A stretch of DNA of 64,000 bases from an uncultured Lachnoclostridium sp. (GCA_964437345.1 CAYTGQ010000001.1:220-64219), one strand, 5' to 3'. Positions 18,508 to 26,912 are shown, counted from the first letter of the stretch. Numbers and translations are program-made. Notes: generated by a model from the sequence alone, not told the origin.

Positions 18508-18993
18508 ATGAGTAACATGATAAAAGTTGGAATGGCAGACTTTAATATTTGCAAAGCACCTGATGCAATTACTACACTGGGGCTTGGCTCCTGTGTAGGA
18601 ATTGCTTTGTATGACCAGAATCGTAAGATTGCAGGATTAGCGCATATTATGCTTCCGGATAGTCAGGCGGTAAAGAATAACGTAAATATAGCAAAATTTG
18701 CAGATACAGGAATTGATGCCTGTATTGATATGATGGTGAAAAACGGAGCAAGCCGAACCGGATTAACAGCTAAGATTGCGGGTGGTGCTCAGATGTTTGC
18801 CTTTGGAAGTAATAATGATATGCTTCGTATAGGTGAACGTAATGTGGAAGCTGTAAAACGTAAGCTGAAAGCACTGGGGATAAGAATTTTGGCGGAGGAT
18901 ACTGGTAATTCTTATGGAAGAACAGTAGAGTTTTATCCACAGACTGGTGAACTGCTGATTAAGGCAGTTGGAAAGCCACCGAAAGCAATATGA
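18508..18993 (+). CDS. cheD: Chemoreceptor glutamine deamidase CheD
   Basis: ITTLGLGSCVGIALYD (catalytic Cys) and GLAHIMLP. ATG 18508 (RBS TAGGGTGG 8 nt upstream) is preferred over the ORF-track GTG 18496. Confidence 0.9.
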   Translation: MSNMIKVGMADFNICKAPDAITTLGLGSCVGIALYDQNRKIAGLAHIMLPDSQAVKNNVNIAKFADTGIDACIDMMVKNGASRTGLTAKIAGGAQMFAFGSNNDMLRIGERNVEAVKRKLKALGIRILAEDTGNSYGRTVEFYPQTGELLIKAVGKPPKAI

Positions 18994-19009
18994 GAGGATG
19001 TTATATTAA

Positions 19010-19336
19010 ATGCAAAATCGTTATATACCTGCTGTTACAATGCTATCAGCAGGTGCTGTTGTAAGTATATTCTGTATTGTAAAAAAAATAGAAGTATTAT
19101 ATAGCCTTAAGCTGTTACTGGCTATGCTGATTCTTTTCTATATCATTGGTCTGATTGCAAAGAAGATTATTGGTAAAGTACAGGAAGAAGCAGAAGTACA
19201 GTACATGGAGCGAATGAGAGAAGAAGAAAGACTGGCGAGAGAAGAAAGAGAAGCAAGAGAACGTCAAGACAAGGATGAAGACGAATTAGAAACAGAAGAG
19301 GAATCAGAGGAAGAGAGTCAAGGGAAGGACCAGTAG
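19010..19336 (+). CDS. Small two-TM protein with a highly charged E/R/K tail, function unknown
   Basis: Two hydrophobic helices (AVTMLSAGAVVSIFCIV, LLLAMLILFYIIGLIA), then REEERLAREEREARERQDKDEDELETEEESEEES. Tightly packed between cheD and sigD. No family recognised. Confidence 0.55.
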   Translation: MQNRYIPAVTMLSAGAVVSIFCIVKKIEVLYSLKLLLAMLILFYIIGLIAKKIIGKVQEEAEVQYMERMREEERLAREEREARERQDKDEDELETEEESEEESQGKDQ

Positions 19337-19368
19337 TTTTGAGATGATTCTGAACAAGGGAGGACGCT

Positions 19369-20136
19369 ATGAACGAAGAAGGTAGAAATAAGCTTTGGAG
19401 TGAATATGCAAAGAAAAAATCCCCTGATATCCGTGAAAAATTGATTATTGAGTATGCAGGACTTGTAAAAGTCGTGGCAGGAAGACTTAGTATGTATCTG
19501 GGTTACACTGTAGAATATGATGATTTAGTAGGATATGGGACATTTGGATTAATCGATGCCATTGATAAGTTTGATTGCTTAAAAGGTGTAAAATTTGAAA
19601 CTTATGCAAGTCTTAGAATTCGTGGTGCAATTCTGGATCAGATTCGCAAAATGGATTGGATTCCAAGAACACTGAGACAAAAGCAAAAGAAAATGGAACT
19701 GGCATGTCAGAAGCTGGAAGCTGAGTATGGTAGACCTGGAACAGAAGAGGAAATTGCAAATGAATTGGAGATATCTGTTGATGAACTGCTGAATTGGCAG
19801 AATCAGATGAAAATTGATAATCTTATTTCGTTAGATGAATTTCTGGAGCAGGGAAGTGAAGCGAAAGTAGAAGGTAATACCAGTTCACACTTTGATCAGC
19901 CGGAAAAGGTTATTGAGCGAGAAGAGTTAAAAACTTTATTAGCAGCGACTTTAGAGACACTGACAGAGAATGAGAAAAAAGTTATATTATTTTATTATTA
20001 TGAAGAACTGACATTAAAAGAAATCAGCAAAATTCTTGAAGTTTCTGAGTCAAGAATTTCACAGCTTCATACAAAAGCGTTACAGAAAATGCGTGCTAAA
20101 TTAGGGAATAATGTTGAACTGTTTAGCAGTTTATAG
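19369..20136 (+). CDS. sigD: Flagellar sigma factor SigD/FliA (sigma-28)
   Basis: Sigma-70 region 2 (LIIEYAGLVKVVAGRL, DDLVGYGTFGLIDAIDKFD), region 3, and region 4 HTH (LTLKEISKILEVSESRISQLHTKALQKMR). Position after cheD as in B. subtilis. RBS GGGAGG. Confidence 0.9.
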   Translation: MNEEGRNKLWSEYAKKKSPDIREKLIIEYAGLVKVVAGRLSMYLGYTVEYDDLVGYGTFGLIDAIDKFDCLKGVKFETYASLRIRGAILDQIRKMDWIPRTLRQKQKKMELACQKLEAEYGRPGTEEEIANELEISVDELLNWQNQMKIDNLISLDEFLEQGSEAKVEGNTSSHFDQPEKVIEREELKTLLAATLETLTENEKKVILFYYYEELTLKEISKILEVSESRISQLHTKALQKMRAKLGNNVELFSSL

Positions 20137-20148
20137 AGGGAGAGAAAT

Positions 20149-21753
20149 ATGGCAGCATCTAGAAATGGTTGTTTTCAGCTAATACATAACGGGAATCAGA
20201 CTTCTTTGAAGATTTACCCTCCAAAAGGTGAAGGTAAACCAGTATCTTTGGATTTGATAACCCGTTATTTTGATTTTATTAAACTGTTAAATTATAATAT
20301 TAAGGCAATTAAAAATGCAGTGGATATGAGCAGAGAACCGGTAGAAATTATAATTTCTGATAAACCGGTATATCCACACAATGAACTTGTATTTATTGAT
20401 ATTGATGATAATAGAATGAAGGCAGTATGTACCTTTATTCCGCCTTCCTCTAAAGGAAGATTAATGAATAAGGAAGAGATAATTGCAGCGATTTCTCATA
20501 GTGGTGTTAAATTTGGTATACAGGATACTATTATTGATAAATATGTAAATGGTCGTGTATATTGTACAGAAATTGTAATGGCAAAGGGAATTCCTGTTAT
20601 AGAGGGAAAGAATGCAGTTATTAAATATAATTTCAGCACAAAACTGAAGTCTAAGCCAAAGGTTTTAGAAGATGGAACTGTAGATTTTCATCAGTTGGAT
20701 ATTATTAATCATGTTAATGAAGGTGATATTCTGGCTGTTATGGAGCCAATGGTAGAAGGAACACCGGGTAAGGATCTTTTTGGTAATACAATACCGCCTA
20801 AAAAGGTTCGTAAAGCGATTATGAAGCATGGTAAAAATATTCATCTTTCAGAGGATGGATTGACCATGTATACAGAAGTTTCCGGTCACGTTGGACTGGC
20901 AGGAGACCGTGTATTTGTATCAAATGTATATGAGGTACCGGCAGATGTAGGTGTTGCATCAGGTAACATTGAATATAATGGTTCCGTTGCAGTAAAGGGT
21001 AATGTTGTAACAGGTTTTTCTGTTAAGGCAGATGGAGATATTATTGTCGATGGTGTAGTAGAAGGTGCTACTTTAATTGCCGGTGGTCAGATTTATTTAA
21101 AGCGAGGCATTCAGGGAATGGGAAAAGGTGAACTGATTGCCGGTGGAAATATTGTATCCAGATTTATGGAAAACTGTACAGCAAAATCCGGTCAGGATAT
21201 TTTGGCAGATGCAATTATGCACAGTAATGTAACTGCAGAAGGAACGATTACTGTAAGAGGGAAAAAAGGCCTGATTACCGGCGGCATAATAAAAGCCTCT
21301 GAAAATATTGATGCAATTAATATTGGTTCTTCCATGGGCACCAAAACGGAAATTATTATTGGCATTAGTGATAAGATAATGGATGAATATAAGGAAGTGG
21401 AAGAATATATAGAAAGAATAAAAGAAGAACATGAAAAATATATTCAGGTTATCAATATGTGCCAGAAAAAGATGGAAGTGGGTAAAGCTACAGAGGAATT
21501 AATAAAAGCAGCCGAGCTGGCCAAAATTAAGGCAGCGAAAATTCAAACTGAAAATCAGGAAAAAATAGACAGATATAAATATTTAAAAACAGAAATTCAC
21601 GGCTACAGACCGGGAAAAATAAGTGTTCAAAACACGGCTTATCCGGGAATGGAAATTAAAATGGGCTCTGAAATGTTGCGCTTAAAAAATGAAGTTGCTC
21701 ATAGCAAGTTTGTTTTAGAAGGTGCAGATATTAAGGCGAAACCATTATTATAA
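20149..21753 (+). CDS. FapA/DUF342-family protein (flagellar-assembly-associated)
   Basis: 534 aa with EGTPGKDLFGNTIPPKK and a beta-helix-like repeat region (GNVVTGFSVKADGDIIVDGVVEGATLIAGGQIYL...), followed by a coiled-coil tail, as in DUF342 proteins. Confidence 0.78.
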   Translation: MAASRNGCFQLIHNGNQTSLKIYPPKGEGKPVSLDLITRYFDFIKLLNYNIKAIKNAVDMSREPVEIIISDKPVYPHNELVFIDIDDNRMKAVCTFIPPSSKGRLMNKEEIIAAISHSGVKFGIQDTIIDKYVNGRVYCTEIVMAKGIPVIEGKNAVIKYNFSTKLKSKPKVLEDGTVDFHQLDIINHVNEGDILAVMEPMVEGTPGKDLFGNTIPPKKVRKAIMKHGKNIHLSEDGLTMYTEVSGHVGLAGDRVFVSNVYEVPADVGVASGNIEYNGSVAVKGNVVTGFSVKADGDIIVDGVVEGATLIAGGQIYLKRGIQGMGKGELIAGGNIVSRFMENCTAKSGQDILADAIMHSNVTAEGTITVRGKKGLITGGIIKASENIDAINIGSSMGTKTEIIIGISDKIMDEYKEVEEYIERIKEEHEKYIQVINMCQKKMEVGKATEELIKAAELAKIKAAKIQTENQEKIDRYKYLKTEIHGYRPGKISVQNTAYPGMEIKMGSEMLRLKNEVAHSKFVLEGADIKAKPLL

Positions 21754-21800
21754 AATAGGTTGGACTTAGGCGTGAAGATATAAAGAGAAGGAGGAACTTT

Positions 21801-22115
21801 ATGTCAATACCACCAATCGAAAGGGCACTGGTACCACCAAAATCTCAGGAAGCGTCACAGCTTCAGCAGTCACATCAGCAGAAGCAGACTCATGCACAGG
21901 AGCAGTTAGGTGTTCAATATCATAATAATCTGCAGCACAATAGCCAGCAGACTGTTAAAATGACAAAAAGTGAAAATAATGAATACCGCTATGATGCCAA
22001 AGAAAAAGGTAATGGTCACTTTTCAGGTAAAAAACAGGGGAAGAAGAAAAAGGAACAGGAAGAAGAACAAAAAGGAAAACCAGTTCCTGCCAGGGGCTTT
22101 GATATAAGAATTTAG
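21801..22115 (+). CDS. Small Q/K-rich, probably disordered protein, unknown function
   Basis: 104 aa with no hydrophobic core; Q/H-rich N-terminal half and lysine-rich tail GKKQGKKKKEQEEEQKGK. Good RBS (AGGAGG 21789-21794). No family recognised, and no FlgM C-terminal motif seen. Confidence 0.5.
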   Translation: MSIPPIERALVPPKSQEASQLQQSHQQKQTHAQEQLGVQYHNNLQHNSQQTVKMTKSENNEYRYDAKEKGNGHFSGKKQGKKKKEQEEEQKGKPVPARGFDIRI

Positions 22116-22139
22116 TAATTAGTAAAAGGAGAAATCATA

Positions 22140-22874
22140 TTGTTAGACATAGCTTTAGTTGTACTTGGTTTGGGAATTATCGGGGTCAGTTATGTGATTT
22201 CAGAAAAAGTAGAGACAGTGCTGAAAGGGAAAAATCAGGAAGAATCTGCACAGATTAAGGATATTTGGACAGAAAAAGATGAAAAAAGAGTCCGGGAACG
22301 AATTGACAGTATTGTCGAAGAAAAGGTAGAACAGGCAATTGATAAAACAGAAGATGAACTGTGCCGTATTTCCAATGAAAAAATTATGACCAGCAATGAA
22401 TTTTCGGAGCAGGTACTTGGAAAAATTGAGCATAATCATGAGGAGGTAGTATTCCTTTATAATATGCTTAATGAAAAGGAAAAGCAGATGAAGGCATTGA
22501 TGCAGGAAATTGAAACCTTGAAAACTGCTGCGGAACAAAAAGTTGAGGAAGAGAAGGAATTAATTTCCATGGAACAACTTACCGGCAGCGAGGAAAAGGA
22601 ACTTTCTCAGTTGAGAGAATTTGCCAAAGCTATTGAAGAAAGTGAAACAGAAGAGAAGACGAAGAATGTTGTCATGGAAGAAGTGAAGGATACTCTTGAA
22701 CAGCAGCCGGAACAGGTAGTGCAGGCAGAAATGAAAGAAAAACAAAACCGCAATGATGAGATTTTAACACTTCATAAACAAGGAATGAGTGTATTGGAGA
22801 TTTCTAAAACACTTGATATGGGGCAGGGAGAAGTAAAACTGATAATTGATTTATTTCAGGGAGCAAATGAATAA
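22140..22874 (+). CDS. Membrane-anchored coiled-coil protein with a C-terminal HTH-like module, unknown function
   Basis: TTG start after GGAG. N-terminal TM helix LDIALVVLGLGIIGVSYVI, long E/K-rich helical region, C-terminus ILTLHKQGMSVLEISKTLDMGQGEVKLIIDLF resembles a sigma-region-4/LuxR-like helix-turn-helix. Confidence 0.55.
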   Translation: MLDIALVVLGLGIIGVSYVISEKVETVLKGKNQEESAQIKDIWTEKDEKRVRERIDSIVEEKVEQAIDKTEDELCRISNEKIMTSNEFSEQVLGKIEHNHEEVVFLYNMLNEKEKQMKALMQEIETLKTAAEQKVEEEKELISMEQLTGSEEKELSQLREFAKAIEESETEEKTKNVVMEEVKDTLEQQPEQVVQAEMKEKQNRNDEILTLHKQGMSVLEISKTLDMGQGEVKLIIDLFQGANE

Positions 22875-23407
22875 TGAAATTAAAATATTTTTTAAGAGGC
22901 CTTGGTGTAGGGATTATATTTACTGTAATGGTTTTAGGAATTTCCGGTGGAAATGTGGAAAAAGAAACGCTTACAGATAACGAAATCATGGCAAGAGCAA
23001 GAGAACTTGGAATGGTTACCAAGGATGAAAAACTAGAGGAAACTCTGAGCCAGATTTTAGATAATCAGTTGGCTAATGAGGAAGATAACTCTGCAGAGAC
23101 AGAGAAGGAAGAAACAAACGCAGCTGATACAGAAACAAGTGGTGGAGAAACTCAGGAATCTGTATTGCCAGATCCTTTAGAAGAAGAGGAAACGAAAGTG
23201 GTTTCCAAAGTGACAATTAGTGAGGGAATGAGTTCAAGACAGGTTGCTACCGCCTTTAAACAGCTTGGGATTATTGATGATGCAGAAGCCTTTGATGCTT
23301 ACCTGTGTAATAACGGATACGCTTTGAGAATAGGAGTTGGAACCTTTACAATTGAAGGTAAGCCGGATTATGCTGAACTTGCAAGAATTATTACATTAAA
23401 ACAATAA
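22874..23407 (+). CDS. Membrane-anchored protein with acidic linker and a small C-terminal globular domain, unknown function
   Basis: ATG overlaps the upstream stop (TAATG). TM helix LGVGIIFTVMVLGI, acidic linker, C-terminal ISEGMSSRQVATAFKQLGIIDDAEAFDAYL...TFTIEGKPDYAELARII resembles the N-terminal module of YceG/MltG-like proteins (from memory). Confidence 0.5.
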   Translation: MKLKYFLRGLGVGIIFTVMVLGISGGNVEKETLTDNEIMARARELGMVTKDEKLEETLSQILDNQLANEEDNSAETEKEETNAADTETSGGETQESVLPDPLEEEETKVVSKVTISEGMSSRQVATAFKQLGIIDDAEAFDAYLCNNGYALRIGVGTFTIEGKPDYAELARIITLKQ

Positions 23408-23414
23408 AAAATGC

Positions 23415-23443
23415 TTGCAATAGTTTGAACACTATGATATACT
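23415..23443 (+). promoter_or_regulatory. Sigma-A promoter for rpsB-tsf
   Basis: TTGCAA (23415-23420), 17-nt spacer, TATACT (23438-23443), preceded by TGa (extended -10). Gives a ~120-nt leader before the rpsB ATG. Confidence 0.55.
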
Positions 23444-23569
23444 ACTAAGGTACGTTAAAAATCACCTATGTAGATTTTGGCACTGGTGCTGTCGTTCGAT
23501 GGTCTTGTCAGGAGAGGAAGCATAGGGAAGCAATGAGTAAAACTCAAACAACCAATGGAGGTAAAAAAC

Positions 23570-24292
23570 ATGAGCGTTATTTCAATGAAACAGTTATTAG
23601 AAGCTGGTGTACATTTTGGACACCAGACAAGAAGATGGAACCCTAAGATGGCAGAGTACATCTACACAGAAAGAAATGGTATTTATATCATTGACTTACA
23701 GAAATCTGTAGGTAAAGTAGATGAAGCTTACAATGCAATCAAAGAAATCGCTGCAGATGGCGGTACAGTTCTTTTCGTAGGTACAAAGAAACAGGCACAG
23801 GATGCTATCAAATCTGAAGCAGAACGTTGCGGTATGTACTATGTAAACGAAAGATGGTTAGGCGGTATGCTTACTAACTTCAAGACAATTCAGGGAAGAA
23901 TTGCTAGATTAAAAGCAATCGAAACTATGTCTGAAGATGGTACATTTGATGTACTTCCTAAGAAAGAAGTTATTGCACTTAAGAAAGAATGGGAAAAATT
24001 AGAAAAGAACCTTGGTGGAATTAAGAACATGAAGAAGATTCCAGATGCTATTTTCGTAGTTGACCCTAAGAAAGAAAGAATCTGTGTACAGGAAGCTCAC
24101 ACATTAGGTATTCCACTTATCGGTATTGCTGATACAAACTGTGACCCAGAAGAATTAGATTATGTAATTCCTGGTAACGATGATGCTATCAGAGCTGTAA
24201 AATTAATCGTAGCTAAAATGGCTGACGCTGTTATCGAAGCTAATCAGGGTGAAGAAATGACACCTGCTGCTGAAGAAACAGTAGAAGCATAA
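23570..24292 (+). CDS. rpsB: 30S ribosomal protein S2
   Basis: [27 protein letters not shown]... is canonical S2. ATG 23570 (GGAGG at 23557-23561) is preferred over the ORF-track ATG 23555, which lies inside the RBS. Confidence 0.97.
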   Translation: MSVISMKQLLEAGVHFGHQTRRWNPKMAEYIYTERNGIYIIDLQKSVGKVDEAYNAIKEIAADGGTVLFVGTKKQAQDAIKSEAERCGMYYVNERWLGGMLTNFKTIQGRIARLKAIETMSEDGTFDVLPKKEVIALKKEWEKLEKNLGGIKNMKKIPDAIFVVDPKKERICVQEAHTLGIPLIGIADTNCDPEELDYVIPGNDDAIRAVKLIVAKMADAVIEANQGEEMTPAAEETVEA

Positions 24293-24357
24293 GATATATT
24301 TGGAAAAATATTAAAGAAATACCAACTAAAAATCAAATCATTTGGAGGTATATAATC

Positions 24358-25290
24358 ATGGCTATTACAGCAGGAATGGTAAAAGAATTACGTGAAATGA
24401 CTGGTGCAGGTATGATGGACTGTAAAAAGGCTCTTAATGAGACTAACGGTGATATGGATGCAGCAGTAGAATATTTAAGAAAAAATGGACAGGCTAAGGC
24501 TGAAAAGAAAGCTGGAAGAATTGCAGCAGAAGGTCTTTGCAAAGTTCTTGTTAAAGATGATAAGGTAGCAGCAGTTGTTGAAGTTAACTCTGAAACAGAC
24601 TTCGTTGCTAAGAACGAAGAATTCCAGAACTTCGTTACAGCTGTAGCTGAACAGGCTGTGGCTTCTAACTCTGCAGACATGGATGCTTTCTTAGCAGAAG
24701 CTTGGAACTTAGATTCCAGCAAGACTGTAAAAGATGCATTAGTAGAAAAAGTTGCAGTTATCGGTGAAAACTTATCTATCCGTAGATTTGAAAAAGTTGT
24801 TGCTGAAAACGGATGTGTAGTATCTTACACACACGGTGGTGGAAGAATTGGCGTTATCGTTGAAGCTGAAACAGACGTTGTTAATGACGCTGTTAAAGAA
24901 GGTTTAGTAAACGTAGCTATGCAGATTGCTGCTCTTTCTCCAAAATACGTTTCTCAGGACGAAGTAAGCGAAGAATACAAAGAACATGAAAAAGCTATTC
25001 TTTTAGAACAGGCTAAGAATGATCCTAAGAATGCTGGTAAGCCAGATGGAATCATCGAAAAGATGATTATCGGACGTCTTAACAAAGAATTAAAAGAAGT
25101 TTGTCTTTTAGATCAGGCATACGTTAAAGATGGTGACTTAACAGTTGCTAAATACGTTGCTCAGGTTGCTAAAGAAAATGGTGCTAACCTTTCTATCAAG
25201 AGATTCGTTCGTTTTGAAACAGGCGAAGGTATTGAAAAGAAACAGGAAGACTTCGCAGCAGAAGTTGCAGCTCAGATGGCTGGTAAATAA
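24358..25290 (+). CDS. tsf: Translation elongation factor Ts
   Basis: MAITAGMVKELREMTGAGMMDCKKAL (UBA-like N-terminus) plus EVNSETDFVAKNEEF. Follows rpsB. Confidence 0.97.
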   Translation: MAITAGMVKELREMTGAGMMDCKKALNETNGDMDAAVEYLRKNGQAKAEKKAGRIAAEGLCKVLVKDDKVAAVVEVNSETDFVAKNEEFQNFVTAVAEQAVASNSADMDAFLAEAWNLDSSKTVKDALVEKVAVIGENLSIRRFEKVVAENGCVVSYTHGGGRIGVIVEAETDVVNDAVKEGLVNVAMQIAALSPKYVSQDEVSEEYKEHEKAILLEQAKNDPKNAGKPDGIIEKMIIGRLNKELKEVCLLDQAYVKDGDLTVAKYVAQVAKENGANLSIKRFVRFETGEGIEKKQEDFAAEVAAQMAGK

Positions 25291-25344
25291 TTCTGCATTT
25301 GAATTAAAGTAATAACATACCAAACACACAACACACAAGCATAA

Positions 25345-25375
25345 AGAGCTGCTTCAATAAGAGGCAGCTCTTTTT
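25345..25375 (+). terminator. Intrinsic terminator of rpsB-tsf
   Basis: AGAGCTGCTTC (25345-25355) pairs with GAGGCAGCTCT (25361-25371) with one G-U pair; loop AATAA; followed by TTTTT. Confidence 0.8.
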
Positions 25376-25396
25376 ATAACTATTTTTGAACAATAT

Positions 25397-25427
25397 AAAA
25401 AAGAGAAGCTTGTATTGCTTCTCTTTT
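25397..25427 (-). terminator. Terminator of the DtxR-like gene (bidirectional hairpin)
   Basis: AGAGAAGC (25402-25409) pairs with GCTTCTCT (25417-25424), flanked by A5 on the left and T4 on the right. It therefore reads as a stem plus U-run on either strand. Lies 15 nt beyond the minus-strand stop. Confidence 0.6.
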
Positions 25428-25441
25428 GGTTTCGAAAATTA

Positions 25442-25825
25442 TTAAGAATGTGCTTCTACGAATTTTTTAATGGCTGCAAAGCTCTCAGGACTAATATCAT
25501 GTTCCATTTTACATGCATCTGCTGCAGCAACTTCAGGATCAACCCCCATTTTAATCAGCCAATTAGAAAGAAGGGCGTGACGCTCGTAAACTGTTTCGGC
25601 CAGTTTTTGTCCTTCTTCTGTTAAATGGATATGCCCATCTTCTGAAATAACAATGTATTCCTTAGCTTTTAAGTTTTTCATGGCGACGCTGACACTAGGC
25701 TTTGAATAATGAAGTTCATTAGCGATATCTATAGAACGAATCTGCGGCAGCTTTTTACTTAACACTAATATAGTTTCTAAATAATCTTCTACCGATTCTT
25801 CTGATTTATGTTTCGGATAATTCAT
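25442..25825 (-). CDS. DtxR/MntR-family metal-dependent transcriptional repressor (no SH3 domain)
   Basis: SVEDYLETILVL...IRSIDIANELHYSKPSVSVAMKNLKAKEYI (wHTH), ERHALLSNWL, and DACKMEHDIS (C-x-x-E-H metal site). The only minus-strand gene in the window. RBS GGGGAG. Confidence 0.85.
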   Translation of the reverse strand: MNYPKHKSEESVEDYLETILVLSKKLPQIRSIDIANELHYSKPSVSVAMKNLKAKEYIVISEDGHIHLTEEGQKLAETVYERHALLSNWLIKMGVDPEVAAADACKMEHDISPESFAAIKKFVEAHS

Positions 25826-25897
25826 ATGTATTTGCTCCCCTTTTTCTATGGTTATCCCTATTATGCTAACATTTTATAAAAAAAATTGCAAGAGGTA

Positions 25898-25926
25898 TTG
25901 CAGTTTTTGAGAAAATGTGATAAATT
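25898..25926 (+). promoter_or_regulatory. Candidate promoter of the Fur-like gene
   Basis: TTGCAG (25898-25903), 17-nt spacer, TGaTAAATT (extended -10; hexamer 25921-25926). Confidence 0.4.
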
Positions 25927-25934
25927 ACTTTATG

Positions 25935-25952
25935 AGTTAGCAATAACTAACT
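25935..25952. promoter_or_regulatory. Inverted-repeat operator candidate, site 1
   Basis: AGTTAG-CAATAA-CTAACT, with 6-bp arms that are exact reverse complements. Starts 8 nt after the -10 hexamer. Shares AGTTAGnnATAACTAACT with site 2. Confidence 0.5.
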
Positions 25953-25979
25953 GTAATAAATCACAAGGAGATGAGTGGA

Positions 25980-26426
25980 ATGGAAAAAATGAGGGACAAT
26001 GATTGCGGTAACTATCAGAGAACACAGATGCAGAAGGAAATAGTAATTCAGCAGTTAAAAGAGAGAGGATACCGGATTACAAAGCAAAGACAGATTATTT
26101 TGGATATTATATTAGAGAATGACTGTTCCTGCTGTAAAGAAATATATTATAGAGCGTCTTTATTGGATAAAGGTATTGGAGTAGCTACAGTTTATAGAAT
26201 GGTCAGCGTATTAGAGGAAATTGGTGCAATCAGCAGAAGAATTCTTAATCAGACAGTATGTGATCCAAGCTGTGAATTTAGCGGAGTATGTGTAGTGCAG
26301 TTTGATAATAATACAACATTAGAATTATCCAGTGCAGAATGGGAGCGTATTATGCATACAGGATTAAGTGCATGTGGTTATGTTCAGAATTGCAATATCC
26401 AGAACATTGTGTTAAATATGGCATAA
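25980..26426 (+). CDS. Divergent Cys-rich Fur-family transcriptional regulator
   Basis: ITKQRQIILDIIL...CKEIYYRA...IGVATVYRMVSVLEEIGAI is the Fur wHTH. The C-terminal half lacks the usual His cluster and carries scattered Cys residues. ATG 25980 (9 nt after GGAG) is preferred over ATG 25971. Confidence 0.75.
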   Translation: MEKMRDNDCGNYQRTQMQKEIVIQQLKERGYRITKQRQIILDIILENDCSCCKEIYYRASLLDKGIGVATVYRMVSVLEEIGAISRRILNQTVCDPSCEFSGVCVVQFDNNTTLELSSAEWERIMHTGLSACGYVQNCNIQNIVLNMA

Positions 26427-26451
26427 AATTATAAGAATTTTTGTGTGATTG

Positions 26452-26480
26452 TTGATAAAAAATACTTTTTGTGGTAAAAT
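26452..26480 (+). promoter_or_regulatory. Sigma-A promoter for the small-protein/P-type ATPase operon
   Basis: TTGATA (26452-26457), 17-nt spacer, TGgTAAAAT (hexamer 26475-26480). Confidence 0.5.
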
Positions 26481-26553
26481 GGTGTAAATTGTCAGACAAG
26501 AATAGCGTAGAACATATAACACAGGATATAAACATAAATAAGGAGGATGTAGT

Positions 26554-26820
26554 ATGTTTGATTTAAACAAGATTAATGTGAAGAATGTAGGTGTTTTTGC
26601 AGCTGGTGTTTTATTTGGAACAGCAGGAATCAAAATTTTAGGAAGCAAAGATGCTAAAAAGGTATATACTAACTGTACAGCAGCAGCGTTAAGAATGAAA
26701 GATTGTGTTATGAAGACAGCAGATATTATTCAGGAAAATGCAGAAGATATTTATGCAGAAGCACAGTTAATCAATGAAGAACGTGCTGCGCAGGAAGCCG
26801 AAATCTCTGATGAAGAATAA
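26554..26820 (+). CDS. Small membrane-anchored protein upstream of the P-type ATPase, unknown function
   Basis: 88 aa with strong RBS AAGGAGG. One hydrophobic helix VGVFAAGVLFGTAGIKIL, then an amphipathic acidic helix. Possibly a DUF family that travels with these ATPases (memory, unverified). Confidence 0.6.
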   Translation: MFDLNKINVKNVGVFAAGVLFGTAGIKILGSKDAKKVYTNCTAAALRMKDCVMKTADIIQENAEDIYAEAQLINEERAAQEAEISDEE

Positions 26821-26912
26821 TATGGGATAGTAGAAAATAAAACGAAATGTAAATAAAGGCACCTGTGGTATAACTGCGGGTGTTTTTCCATATGTGGAAG
26901 GAAGTTACTGTT

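Noticed and set aside
25415-25624. A 69-aa plus-strand ORF opposite the DtxR-like gene.
   Set aside because: It is antisense to a gene with clear family motifs, and it begins inside the terminator hairpin region with no RBS.
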